Shown piece after piece: positions 39,824 through 49,787 of a stretch of 64,000 bases of DNA. The stretch comes from Candidatus Latescibacterota bacterium. GTDB lineage: Bacteria > Latescibacterota > UBA2968. The stretch lies in contig OZ244960.1 in assembly GCA_965222605.1 (NCBI GenBank), forward strand, positions 5,920,001 through 5,984,000, read 5' to 3'. Position 1 is the stretch's first letter, and each line of letters begins with the position of its first letter. The notes beneath the pieces are model-generated. The model ran no database searches. It saw nothing but the letters and a program-made list of their open reading frames with translations, and was not told where the DNA came from. The translations under genes were made by a program, and so were the position numbers.

Positions 39824-40372
39824 GTGGATACGGATGAAGGGCGTCTGATTGAGCAATGGAGCGTTGACGGCAGGGAATTCGTGATGTGCACAGCGCGGTG
39901 GAGCGATCTGATGCCTTACGGAGCGATGCACCAAGAGCTGTATCGGGAGCGGGTGATGGCGAGTCCGAGAAACGCCGATACCCGGGTCGCAGGAGAAGAA
40001 CTCGGCAGGAGACTTACGGACATGGCCTGTGGCGCAGGTGTGCTGCTGGTCGTGGAGACGGATGGGCGGATCGTGGGAGAGGGAACGCTTCAGCGCTCCA
40101 ACGGGGATGGTTCGATTACCCTGGGGCTGCTGATTCTCAGGGATTTTCGCGATAAGGGGATTGGACGGCGGTTGATGGGTGCACTGGAGGACGAGGCGCG
40201 CCGGCTCGGAAAACGGCGGATAGATCTGACAGTCTGGAGCGCCAACGAGCGCGGCTATCACCTCTACACCAGCATGGGCTACCGGGAAATCGGGCGGTTT
40301 CCGGATTGGATCCGCTCGGATCTTACGCCGGGCGGGATCTCAGACCTGGTGTGGATGTTGAAGGATCTGTAG
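39824..40372 (+). CDS. GNAT-family N-acetyltransferase
   Basis: FRDKGIGRRLM acetyl-CoA motif, LTVWSANERGYHLYTSMGY. Confidence 0.88.
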   Translation: MDTDEGRLIEQWSVDGREFVMCTARWSDLMPYGAMHQELYRERVMASPRNADTRVAGEELGRRLTDMACGAGVLLVVETDGRIVGEGTLQRSNGDGSITLGLLILRDFRDKGIGRRLMGALEDEARRLGKRRIDLTVWSANERGYHLYTSMGYREIGRFPDWIRSDLTPGGISDLVWMLKDL

Positions 40373-40412
40373 GTTTGTAGGAAGAGAAGAGGCTGACTAA
40401 CTTCCTATATAC

Positions 40413-40467
40413 GGGAGGCGATTATGAAAAAGGGCATCGTCATTCGTGCATTTTCCGGGAATCTGGA
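40413..40467 (+). repeat. Direct repeat, left copy (SD + first codons of the 63169 gene)
   Basis: 51 bp identical, 54/55 overall, to 63158-63212; here the frame degenerates to MKKGIVIRAFSGNLEDQQ...stop (38 aa). Confidence 0.92.
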
Positions 40468-40510
40468 AGACCAACAGGTGAATTGTGCATACCTCTCACT
40501 TATATTCATA

Positions 40511-40565
40511 TTTGACATAAAGTCAAAAGAAAAAAGTTGACAAACGATTAGAAAGGATATATTTT
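40511..40565 (+). promoter_or_regulatory. Sigma70-type promoter with upstream palindrome
   Basis: TTTGAC-ATAAA-GTCAAA (40511-40527); TTGACA (40537-40542), 17-bp spacer, TATTTT (40560-40565). Confidence 0.6.
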
Positions 40566-40616
40566 GCAAAAAAGTTCTCAAGAAGTAGATTCCCTGGCCT
40601 TTAGTCTAAGAGCGAT

Positions 40617-41879
40617 ATGAGTTTTGATAACAGCCCATTCGGGAAAAGGATAGATCAGAATGCCGCCGGTCTTCTGGATGCTATCCTGCATTATGGACCG
40701 ATATCAAGACAGGATCTTATGCGGCGCACGCATTTGGGCCAGGTTAAGGTGAACCAGATTGTCTCCGAACTGTTGGAGACAGGTTTTCTCCAGGCCAATG
40801 AACTGGGCCGTTCAAAAGGCGGAAGGCGGCCTCAACTCCTTCAAATCAGCGATAGGCTGGGTTATATTTTGGGCGTTGAGATCTATCCGGATTTTATAAC
40901 CGCTCTGCTGGTCGATGTCAATTTCAATATCGTATGCCGAATTCAAAAGCCGGCTGTTGTCGAAAAGGCAGATCGAATATCCCGGTTCGAAAGCACAAAG
41001 AAGACGATTCATGAATTGATTGATCGGTCCGGAATCAGTCCGGAAGAGATACTTGCGATTGGTCTGGCATGTCCTGGAACCTTGAATATTTCAGAAGGAG
41101 TTGTCGTTTCGTCTTCTACGCTCGGTTCGGATTGGCACGGAAAGGACGTGCCGATTCGGGTTCTGATCGAGAATGAATTCAATCTGCCGGTCTTTCTGGA
41201 GCACAATGCAAAGGCCATGGCTTTGGCCGAACGAAGACTTGGAGCTGCACAAGGCGTCGATGACTTTATTTTAGTCACGGTGAGTATCGGTGTAGGAGCC
41301 GGGATTATCACCGGCGGCAGGGTGCTCAGAGGAACGGCCGGTTTTAGTGGGGAATTCGGCCATATTACTGTAGATGAAAAGGGGCCGAGATGTTCCTGCG
41401 GTCACATAGGGTGTCTTCAGGCGCTCGTTTCCACGCCGGCCGCGATTGCGTATGTCAGGAATGCCCTGGAACAGGGCACCCGGTCAAAAATCAACGATTT
41501 AATCGGAGGAAACCTCAAGCAGCTCTCCTTTGAAAAGATCTGTATTGCGGCCGAACAGGGAGATCGTCTGGCCTCTATTGTCATTGAGAGAATGGGGCTG
41601 TATCTGGGCAAAACGATTGCCATGATGGTATTGGTCTTGAATCCCAAACAGGTTGTCCTGAGCAGAGAGGCCGTGCTTGCAGGCGACCTGCTGCTGGATC
41701 GAATCCGACATATTGTAAAACTCGATTCGCTGATGGAAAACAGCGAGTGTGTCGAGATTATGTATTCCTCTCTGGGAGCGAATGCGGCTCCTCTTGGGGT
41801 AGCCTCTGTGGTGCGCGATCACCTCTTTGAATTGATCCCTATAGGTGCAGATAAACTCGACCTGAATTTGGACAGATGA
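40617..41879 (+). CDS. ROK-family transcriptional repressor
   Basis: N-terminal HTH (GPISRQDL...GGRRP), GEFGH, CSCGHIGCLQ zinc motif. Confidence 0.93.
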   Translation: MSFDNSPFGKRIDQNAAGLLDAILHYGPISRQDLMRRTHLGQVKVNQIVSELLETGFLQANELGRSKGGRRPQLLQISDRLGYILGVEIYPDFITALLVDVNFNIVCRIQKPAVVEKADRISRFESTKKTIHELIDRSGISPEEILAIGLACPGTLNISEGVVVSSSTLGSDWHGKDVPIRVLIENEFNLPVFLEHNAKAMALAERRLGAAQGVDDFILVTVSIGVGAGIITGGRVLRGTAGFSGEFGHITVDEKGPRCSCGHIGCLQALVSTPAAIAYVRNALEQGTRSKINDLIGGNLKQLSFEKICIAAEQGDRLASIVIERMGLYLGKTIAMMVLVLNPKQVVLSREAVLAGDLLLDRIRHIVKLDSLMENSECVEIMYSSLGANAAPLGVASVVRDHLFELIPIGADKLDLNLDR

Positions 41880-41999
41880 ATACGCTTTTTCAACGCTTTT
41901 TTCTCTACGCAATAATTTCAAAACAGCTTCTAAGAAAAGTCCATACAGCCAACGGTTGGTTGTGGGTGTTTTAAAATCATATATGAAAGGAGGCGGGCC

Positions 42000-42698
42000 T
42001 TGAAAGGGGTAAGAACATTTGGCCTTGTGAGTTTATGTTTCCTCTTGCTGGCGCCCGCAGCGCCGGCTCAAGAGCAAAGGTGGGGGCTGGGTGGGTTCGG
42101 AAGTCTGCAGGTGCCCATCTTTGGCTTCCGGGATCGATTCGGGGAGATGGGGAAGGTCGGAGCGACCCTGATCTATACTTCCAGTTCGCAAAAGGTCTTC
42201 GAGCTGGAATATCACTACGCCAAGGCCGGTAGCGGGCAATTGGAGGATCGGGGATTCTTCTGGGCGATCGACAAACAGCTCCACCCGAGTCCCAACGCGA
42301 AATCCGACATCACCTTTAACAACTTTCTCATCAACACCCTTTTCTTTTTATGGAAGGAGGTAGATCTTTCCTCACCCGGTGCCAGGCCGTATCTGGCCCT
42401 CGGGGCGGGGTTCTACAATTACTCGTCTAAAGTTTCGGGATTGATCTTCCCCGAGCAGGTGGCCGCTACGCTAGACCCGAACTTCCAGTTAGAGCCGACG
42501 GAGGATACACGTACGGCTCTGGGAGTCAACTTCGGGATCGGCGTACAGTACTTTTTCAGCGATAAGGTGGCACTGGACATTCGGGGCCGGTATAACCTGA
42601 TTATGGGAGAGTTGCGGCCGTTTGAACTCTGGGGGGTGAAGAAGACGTTTCCGTTCAATCTAATCGACATTGGAATGGGTCTGAAGGCGTATTTCTAA
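42000..42698 (+). CDS. Small outer-membrane beta-barrel protein (cassette II)
   Basis: AGGAGG SD with TTG start, signal peptide, C-terminal GMGLKAYF; clear paralog of 9233-9952. Confidence 0.82.
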   Translation: MKGVRTFGLVSLCFLLLAPAAPAQEQRWGLGGFGSLQVPIFGFRDRFGEMGKVGATLIYTSSSQKVFELEYHYAKAGSGQLEDRGFFWAIDKQLHPSPNAKSDITFNNFLINTLFFLWKEVDLSSPGARPYLALGAGFYNYSSKVSGLIFPEQVAATLDPNFQLEPTEDTRTALGVNFGIGVQYFFSDKVALDIRGRYNLIMGELRPFELWGVKKTFPFNLIDIGMGLKAYF

Positions 42699-42741
42699 AA
42701 GATCCAGCCGGGATAGGTCTCCATTTTATAAGGAGGTTGGT

Positions 42742-45700
42742 ATGAGCAGGTCGTTCGCTTTAGGAATATTTGGTCTTGCCCTGGTGTTTGCGATGGCCAT
42801 CTGTGGCGCTGGGCCGGTCTTTGCCGGGACGGATGGGAAGATCACAGGGAAGGTGGCCGATCAGAACGGCGAGGCGCTGCCAGGGGTGAATGTGGTGCTG
42901 GAGGGGACCAATCGGGGTGCAAGCACCGGCCCAGACGGGAGATACTTCATTCTTTCAGTCGCTCCCGGGAGTTATTCGATGACAGCCTCTATCGTCGGAT
43001 ATACAAAGCAGACGATGACGGAGGTGGAGGCCAGGGCGGACTTTACCACCACGGTGGACTTTACGTTAAACGAAGCTGAGTTGGCGCTGGCTGAGATTAC
43101 CGTTGTTTCAGAGCGGCCGGCAGTGGAGCCGGACAAGGTGGTGAGCAAATATGTGGTGGGCCTTGAAGAGATCGCCATGGTCCCCATGGTCCGGAATGTG
43201 GCCGATCTGGTGGAACTCCAGCCGGGCGTTGACCTGGACGGCAACAACGTCATCCGGGGCGGTTCTGCGGTTGCGGGGTCGAGCACCGGAGCCCCTGGTG
43301 GAATTGACGTCAATTACATCGTGGACGGCATCCGGCTGTCCGCCAAAGGCGGGCCGGGGGATCGGGCGTTTTCGAAATTCAACAAAAGTGCGGTGCAGGA
43401 GTTCACAGTGATCACAGGTGGGATGGCGGCGGAGTACGGTGACGTGCAGGCCGGAGTGATCAACGTGGTGGTCCGCGAAGGGAGCAAGGATTACCACGGC
43501 AGTGGGGAGTACCGGGCCATTCTGCCGGGGAAGAAGCACTGGGGGGTGAACGTTTACGACCACCCGATCCACCGAGATCGCATGCGCTGGAACGATCCGG
43601 CCTGGGCCAACGAACTGCATGCCCTCACGGGCGAGCCCTTCCACATGCGGGAAGATTACACCGGGCTCTGGGGTCATTTTGCCGAGGGGAGTTTTTCGGG
43701 ACCACTGACGAAAAAGGGGTCTTTTTTCCTGTCCACCGCTTACATTGGGGAGCCTGCGACATTCCCCGGGCCGACGAATCGGGGATTCAGGGGGTTTCCC
43801 GAAGCGCTGACTATCAATATGTCGAAGCAGTTCATCTATTCGGATTTCAACATCCAGAACCAGTGGAAATTAGGGTGGGACGTCACGCCCGACCTGCGGC
43901 TGAAGACCGGGGGGTTCTTCGAACGCCACAAAGCGCCCTTTACGCTGAGTTATTGGGGCCGGATTTCGTGGACCGGACAATTTCGGGGGTCCTCTTTCTG
44001 GGATCCTACCAGAATCCGGGACAGCTACCGGGATATCTTCATTCCCCGGGATATGCATAACGGGATGCAGATCAACCGGAATAATATGCTCTACCTTTCG
44101 ATGACCCATATGCTTACTCCCAAGACGTTTTACGAATTGAAGATCTCCCAGTATTCGAATGTGCAGGATAGCACCGGGGTGAGATGGGATGGGTTTACGC
44201 GTTATCCCAGAAGTGAGCGCAGGGCGGCATGGCGCCCGCGCTACGACAACGACGAGTGGTTCATGACTTACTGGACTGCGCCCAATTACTCGATCGGCGA
44301 GCAGATCCGGCAGACCCTCAAGTTCGACCTTTCGAGCCAGGTGACCGAAGGGCACTTTATCAAGACCGGCCTGGAGATTACCCGGTACGGCGTGTGGTGG
44401 GTCAACACCTACAACGGTCTGACAACGAGTGAAGTGACCCGGTATATCTCAGAACTGGGCGTGGATGCCGGAGATGGCAGGACGAACATCTTCGGTTACA
44501 ACCCCAACTCCGTGCTCCACCCCTGGCAGTCGGCCTGGTATATCCAGGACAAGATGGAGTTCGAAGGGATGGTCGTCAACGTCGGGGTGCGGTATGATCG
44601 GTGGGACCATAACACCTACCATACGCCGATCCCAATGGCGGCCTACGGCAAAGGGCCGATGATTGAGGCGGGGCGTGTCGGGACGGGCTGGCCGGGGGCG
44701 GTGTTCTACGGCCTGCCGGATACCGACCCGGAGAAGGACCTTCCCAACGTGCCGCTGGTGAGGCTGGGGCACATCCAGGCGTGGAGTCCCAGGCTGGGGA
44801 TCTCGCACCCGATCACGGCCAATGCCGCAGTGCACTACTCCTATGGCATCTTCCGTCAGACCCCCACCTTCTGGGATATGTACGGGTGGTCCACCCGGCA
44901 GAACAGAGGTCTGGACTTCGACAGGGATGGAGATCGGGAGACGAACGTGGAGGAGATGTTTGCGGCCAACGAACTCGGCGTACCTTTCGGCAGCCCCTTC
45001 GACACGGATGGAAACCGGCTGATGCCTTTTCCGACCACGACGAGTTTCGAAGTGGGTATGGACTGGAACTTCCTCCGGGACTACACATTGCGTTCGGCTG
45101 TCTATTATAAGAGTGCCAAGAACCAGATGACGAACGCCCGTAGCCGGTTCTGGGATCCAGCCGGAGAGGGGCGTGCGTACGGTGGGATCACCCTGGCCGC
45201 CAACGGGCACTCCGATACCCGGGGGTTTGAGATGGGGCTCAGGAAACGGTTCAGTGATAACTTCTCCTTCCAGATTTCCTTCAACCAGATGTGGGCCACC
45301 TCAGCCAGCCGGAACGGCGACATGCGGGATCAGACGGTACAGTTTTTACCGGACTCGACCTTTATCGTGTCGGAGTATTACTGGTGGGACCGGCAGTTTG
45401 TGGACACCAACGGGGATGGGGTGCTGGACGACGTGGAGCCGGTGTTTCTGAGCGAAGCGGAGAAGCGAAACCTGGGGCATAAGGCCAACGAGCGTATCCG
45501 GTCGCTGCAAAACGGCACGGCCGGCGACTTCGATCCTTCACAGTCCACGCCGCCCGAGCTTGTGGTTGATGAGGACTACGGGAAGATCTACCTGTGGCAG
45601 GCGTTGAAAAAGGTGAACCGAGCTTCCGGCATCCAGCAGGGTCAGGGCACCATCGGATCGGATCGGCACAGTACGGGTAGCGTTCAGTTTTTCTTCTCCA

Positions 45701-46185
45701 CCCCTCCCGATTTCGGTCCAAAGACAGGGAAGCTGTCCCTGCTGGGGAATATCCGGGCGAACCTGGTCTACCGGATCAGGTCAGGCCGCGCCTACGGGTA
45801 CACGCCTCCAACCGTTATCGGGACACGGCTGGAGGGCGGTCAGTCCCGTTCTGTGGCGACGCACGAGATCACGTTTGAGGGGCAGGAGGCCGAGACGAGG
45901 TCCGGCCCCTTCAGCACGCGCACCGATCTCTTGTTTGAGAAGCTGTTCAGCGTGCGAGGAGAGACGACCACGAGCCTGTTTGTGAACGTCGCCAACCTCT
46001 TCAACCAGCGGGACCTATCACAGCTGTCCAGCCTTGCCTTCAACGGCTCGGATTATACCAGCATGGGACTGGACAGGCCCCGGCCCGACGACAAGAATTA
46101 TTTGAAATGGGGCGACGATTACCAGACCATCCGGTACGAAGGACAGCCGAGGCAGGTGGAGGTCGGGTTCAGAGTCTCCTTTTAA
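42742..46185 (+). CDS. TonB-dependent receptor (cassette II)
   Basis: GKITGKVADQNGEALPGVNVVL, GGMAAEYGDVQAGVINVV, YIQDKMEFEGMVVNVGVRYD, SPRLGISHPIT, terminal Phe. Confidence 0.92.
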   Translation: MSRSFALGIFGLALVFAMAICGAGPVFAGTDGKITGKVADQNGEALPGVNVVLEGTNRGASTGPDGRYFILSVAPGSYSMTASIVGYTKQTMTEVEARADFTTTVDFTLNEAELALAEITVVSERPAVEPDKVVSKYVVGLEEIAMVPMVRNVADLVELQPGVDLDGNNVIRGGSAVAGSSTGAPGGIDVNYIVDGIRLSAKGGPGDRAFSKFNKSAVQEFTVITGGMAAEYGDVQAGVINVVVREGSKDYHGSGEYRAILPGKKHWGVNVYDHPIHRDRMRWNDPAWANELHALTGEPFHMREDYTGLWGHFAEGSFSGPLTKKGSFFLSTAYIGEPATFPGPTNRGFRGFPEALTINMSKQFIYSDFNIQNQWKLGWDVTPDLRLKTGGFFERHKAPFTLSYWGRISWTGQFRGSSFWDPTRIRDSYRDIFIPRDMHNGMQINRNNMLYLSMTHMLTPKTFYELKISQYSNVQDSTGVRWDGFTRYPRSERRAAWRPRYDNDEWFMTYWTAPNYSIGEQIRQTLKFDLSSQVTEGHFIKTGLEITRYGVWWVNTYNGLTTSEVTRYISELGVDAGDGRTNIFGYNPNSVLHPWQSAWYIQDKMEFEGMVVNVGVRYDRWDHNTYHTPIPMAAYGKGPMIEAGRVGTGWPGAVFYGLPDTDPEKDLPNVPLVRLGHIQAWSPRLGISHPITANAAVHYSYGIFRQTPTFWDMYGWSTRQNRGLDFDRDGDRETNVEEMFAANELGVPFGSPFDTDGNRLMPFPTTTSFEVGMDWNFLRDYTLRSAVYYKSAKNQMTNARSRFWDPAGEGRAYGGITLAANGHSDTRGFEMGLRKRFSDNFSFQISFNQMWATSASRNGDMRDQTVQFLPDSTFIVSEYYWWDRQFVDTNGDGVLDDVEPVFLSEAEKRNLGHKANERIRSLQNGTAGDFDPSQSTPPELVVDEDYGKIYLWQALKKVNRASGIQQGQGTIGSDRHSTGSVQFFFSTPPDFGPKTGKLSLLGNIRANLVYRIRSGRAYGYTPPTVIGTRLEGGQSRSVATHEITFEGQEAETRSGPFSTRTDLLFEKLFSVRGETTTSLFVNVANLFNQRDLSQLSSLAFNGSDYTSMGLDRPRPDDKNYLKWGDDYQTIRYEGQPRQVEVGFRVSF

Positions 46186-46223
46186 GGGCGCTTCGTGGCT
46201 CTGGTTTGCTTCTGAGCAGTGCA

Positions 46224-46251
46224 GGATGGAGGTCGTTACCGACCTCCATCC
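46224..46251 (+). other. Intergenic perfect 12-bp hairpin
   Basis: GGATGGAGGTCG-TTAC-CGACCTCCATCC between TBDR and CTD gene. Confidence 0.7.
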
Positions 46252-46311
46252 CCGCTCTCTGTTTTTGTTTGAGAATGTGTATCCATTCCAGGTGGAAAGG
46301 AGGAAACGGCC

Positions 46312-48687
46312 GTGATGCCTAAGACACTCATCGGTATTTTTACCAGCGTTGCTGTAATTCTGGCGCTTTGTCCCGATCCCGGCTGGTCCCAGCAGCAGTA
46401 CATGACGCGGGGGCAGCTATGGGTCGAGACCTTCAATGTGGGGCATGGGGCTTTCAGGTATGAGGAACGCAAGATATGCGGCTCGCTCGGGTTGATGTAT
46501 CCGGGATCGTCGGGAGGTGTGGGGGGCGGCTGCGTAGATGAGAACGCATTCATGGATTTCTGGGGGATCCGCCAGGAGAACGACACGGCTTACAACACGA
46601 GCCTGGCGGAGTCGTTTTGGATCCTGTCGAAAGAGGAGAATCCAGTCTTCGCCCCGGAGACCCCTGCCGACCAGCGGCCGGTTCCTCGACACCAAATCTC
46701 GATGAGGGGGCCTTCGTTCGGTCCTCCGAAGGGGATGGGCGGAGGTCCGTTGCACGTCTCGTATCACATGGCACGGGAGAAGGATCTGGGCAGGGAGACG
46801 GGACGCCTCCATACCTACTGGCCCGGTACCCCCTATGTGGATGAGTTTGGTAAACCGACCAGAAACGTATTTATCGCGAATTTTTCACCTGGCGAGTACC
46901 CCACCGACGGCTTTGCCGAGGAGATCCGCATCCGCAGCTTCGGCAACGGCATCGGTCTAACCGGGATCGCCAGGACGATGTTGTGGAGCTACCAGGACTG
47001 GGACGATTTTGTCATTGACGAGATCATCATTACGAACACATCGCGGGATAGCATCGACGATGAAGGCAACATGGTGTTCAACCCGGATGGGACCATCATG
47101 CCCAGGGCCAGCTATGCCGGGACGACCTTCGACGAGGTCTATCTGGTGTTCGAGAACGAGTTCGCGGTCTCCGAGGTCGGGCACTCCTGGATCCATCGGG
47201 CCGACTATGGCGACCTTCATCCTCGTCTTGCCGACGACCACTACAGGTATACGGATGCGCCGAACTACGACGGGCCGTCCGAGTATGCAGGCCGAAAGGT
47301 CTCCTACCAGTGGGACGGGGACCTGCCGCTGAGCTTCTGGAACGATGAAGGTGAGCCGTTCATCTTTGCGGTGGCGCAGAAGAGTCTCGTGGCCGAAGGC
47401 CTGCGCACGGACGGGCAACTCCAGGCATTTCAATACATGGGCTTTGCGCCTGTCGTCTGGATGCCGCCGTTTGTAAACGACCCGGAGGACTACGTGGCGC
47501 CTCAGGGGGATCAACCGTCGATCGTCCACTGGTGGGACTTCCCCGATTTCCCGCGCAATGAGATCCCGCGTCTGCCGTTCATCTCCGACGAGGAGGGCTA
47601 CAACGCCATTGTGAATACCTCTGTACCGATCAGGCCGAATCCGACGGAGATCGGGCGGGTGGCGCATGCCCATGTTTTCGGCCCCTACCGGCTGGAGCCC
47701 GGACAGAAGCTCAAACTCGTTGTGGCCTTTGCCGGCGGCACCGGGGCGGAGTTTGCTGGCCCCGGCGGGGAGCCGATGGATATCTACGAGTGGGCCAGGC
47801 TTGGAAACCAGGACCAGCTCAAAGATGGCGAGAGGGCGCTGTTTGCGCACATTGAGCGGGCCGGGACGGCCTACCGGGCAGGCTACGATCTGCCGGATCC
47901 GCCGCCCGATGTGGAGGTGGCCATAGGGCCCAGTCCGGAGGGCACCAACCGGCTCACCTGGAACGACGACGCAGACGATGCCCTGGACCCCGACTACACC
48001 GGTTCAGAAGCCCAGGACGTGGCCGCTTATCGGGTTTACCGGTCCACGGAGCGACATCTGGGACCATGGGAGATGATTAAGGAGATCCGGGTGAAGGAAT
48101 CCCCCTACCACGATGCGGGCACCTACACCTACGACGACGAGACGTCAGCGGCCGGGTTCGCCTATTGGTATTCGGTTCGATCGGTGGACAGCGGGCATCA
48201 GACGTGGAGTAACGACGACGGAAGCGTAACGCTTGCAGACCTGCCGGAGATCGTGCAGAAGCATGTTAAGGCGGGGCTGGAGAGTGGGAAGGTGTCACCC
48301 GAACAGCGAGGGGTGAACAATACTCTGCTTTCTGTCAGCCCGGTGCTGCCCAGCAGCGTGGAGCGGGATCAGCTTGCCAGAGAAGTACTGGTGGTGCCCA
48401 ACCCGTTCAAGGTGGAAGGGGGTAACCCGCACAATTACAAAGGCAGCGATAAGATCCGGTTTGTGAATATTCCCAGGAAGGCCAGGATTTCCATTTTTTC
48501 AACTTTCGGAGATCTCATTAAGGTGCTGGAGCACGACGATCCCGCCAGGGGCGAGGTCGAGTGGGATCAGATCACGTTGAACCGCTCGGGGAGGATTTCT
48601 ACGGGGATCTACTACTATGTAGTCGAATCCCTGATGCCCGGGGAGGAGGGGAAGAAGCAGACCGGGACATTTGTGGTTATCCGATAA
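46312..48687 (+). CDS. Secreted protein with Fn3-like domain and T9SS type A-like C-terminal domain (cassette II)
   Basis: Signal peptide; AAYRVYRS...YWYSVRS; VLVVPNPF...IRFVNIPRKARISIFSTFGDLI...ISTGIYYYVVES...GTFVVIR; paralog of 13265-15613. Confidence 0.8.
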   Translation: MMPKTLIGIFTSVAVILALCPDPGWSQQQYMTRGQLWVETFNVGHGAFRYEERKICGSLGLMYPGSSGGVGGGCVDENAFMDFWGIRQENDTAYNTSLAESFWILSKEENPVFAPETPADQRPVPRHQISMRGPSFGPPKGMGGGPLHVSYHMAREKDLGRETGRLHTYWPGTPYVDEFGKPTRNVFIANFSPGEYPTDGFAEEIRIRSFGNGIGLTGIARTMLWSYQDWDDFVIDEIIITNTSRDSIDDEGNMVFNPDGTIMPRASYAGTTFDEVYLVFENEFAVSEVGHSWIHRADYGDLHPRLADDHYRYTDAPNYDGPSEYAGRKVSYQWDGDLPLSFWNDEGEPFIFAVAQKSLVAEGLRTDGQLQAFQYMGFAPVVWMPPFVNDPEDYVAPQGDQPSIVHWWDFPDFPRNEIPRLPFISDEEGYNAIVNTSVPIRPNPTEIGRVAHAHVFGPYRLEPGQKLKLVVAFAGGTGAEFAGPGGEPMDIYEWARLGNQDQLKDGERALFAHIERAGTAYRAGYDLPDPPPDVEVAIGPSPEGTNRLTWNDDADDALDPDYTGSEAQDVAAYRVYRSTERHLGPWEMIKEIRVKESPYHDAGTYTYDDETSAAGFAYWYSVRSVDSGHQTWSNDDGSVTLADLPEIVQKHVKAGLESGKVSPEQRGVNNTLLSVSPVLPSSVERDQLAREVLVVPNPFKVEGGNPHNYKGSDKIRFVNIPRKARISIFSTFGDLIKVLEHDDPARGEVEWDQITLNRSGRISTGIYYYVVESLMPGEEGKKQTGTFVVIR

Positions 48688-48708
48688 CGAGGTCAGGAGG
48701 TCAGACAC

Positions 48709-49653
48709 ATGTACAAGAGATTTATTTCAGGAATTTTGATCATTGCCGTTTTCGGGCTGCTGTCTGTCTCTATGGCCGAGGCGGGATTCAAGAAACTGGG
48801 GCTGGCCGGGTTCTCGTTTTTAAAGATTACACAGGCGGCACGGCCCGCTGCGATGGCGGATGCATATACGGCTGTGGTGGACGATGTCAATGCCCTCTAT
48901 TCAAATCCTGCGGGGCTACCGCGCATCCGCGCCAGAGAGTTCACTTTCTCCTACAACAGCTGGATCGCCAACACCAAGATCTATGCGGTCGGTTTGGGGT
49001 GGAAGCTGGGAACACATGCCGTGGGGCTGCATGTGCTCAGTTTTCAACCGGAATCAATCGTGCTCACGACGCCGGAGAAACCGGACGGCAGCCTGGGGCG
49101 GGTGAGTATCGGTTCGGTCGTGGTGGCCGGGACATATGCGATCCAGTTTACGGACAAGTTCTCTTTCGGGGTGCAGGGCAAGTTTGTGCAGGAAGACCTG
49201 TACCTGGACAAGAACCGGACGTTCGATGTGGATCTGGGGATGCTGTTCTACACTGGGTTCAGGAGCTCGCGGATTGCGATGTCGTTGAAGAACCTTGGTC
49301 CGGATGAGACGGTGAACACCGAAAGTTTCTTTTCTCCGATTGTCTTCAATGTCGCAGCGGCGATGGAGGTATATGGGAAGGTAGAAGATCCGGTATATTT
49401 GACAGTGGCAGCGGAAAATGTGTTTGCCATCGATTACGAGCAGCGGTTCCATGCAGGAGGAGAACTGTGGTTGGCTAATACGCTGGCGTTACGGGCGGGG
49501 TATAAGTTCAATTACGATGCGGAGACATTCAGCGTGGGGGTGGGGTTAAAGAAGGCTTTCGGAGATCGGAAGATCGCTGTGGATTTTGCGTACACGGATT
49601 TTGGGGAACTTCTCGATGCCCCGATCCGGCTGACCGTGACCGGGAGTTTTTAA
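48709..49653 (+). CDS. PorV/PorQ-family outer-membrane beta-barrel (cassette II)
   Basis: FLKITQAARPAAMADAYTAVVDDVNALYSNPAGL, LALRAGYKF, terminal Phe. Confidence 0.88.
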   Translation: MYKRFISGILIIAVFGLLSVSMAEAGFKKLGLAGFSFLKITQAARPAAMADAYTAVVDDVNALYSNPAGLPRIRAREFTFSYNSWIANTKIYAVGLGWKLGTHAVGLHVLSFQPESIVLTTPEKPDGSLGRVSIGSVVVAGTYAIQFTDKFSFGVQGKFVQEDLYLDKNRTFDVDLGMLFYTGFRSSRIAMSLKNLGPDETVNTESFFSPIVFNVAAAMEVYGKVEDPVYLTVAAENVFAIDYEQRFHAGGELWLANTLALRAGYKFNYDAETFSVGVGLKKAFGDRKIAVDFAYTDFGELLDAPIRLTVTGSF

Positions 49654-49680
49654 CTTACGGTCTTTGGTAAGGGAACTGGG

Positions 49681-49766
49681 ATGGCGGCTCTTGACCTTTC
49701 TGTCGTTGGAGGTGCGATTGAACGGTGCATCGCTCCGGGGGCTGAGAGGCTTTCGGGAGCCGCCAT
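49681..49766 (+). other. Long intergenic stem-loop
   Basis: ATGGCGGCTC/GAGCCGCCAT perfect 10-bp base, extended by TTGA/TCGG and CCTTTC/GAGAGG with G-U pairs. Confidence 0.55.
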
Positions 49767-49787
49767 TGGCTTTAAGGAGACATCCTC

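Noticed and set aside
40424-40540. 38-aa ORF as a functional small protein
   Set aside because: Only the first 13 residues are meaningful (copy of the 63169 gene start); the rest reads through promoter DNA
49720-49770. TPP riboswitch-like GGGG.CTGAGA string
   Set aside because: The downstream ACCUG/P4-P5 elements are missing and the adjacent gene is unrelated to thiamine
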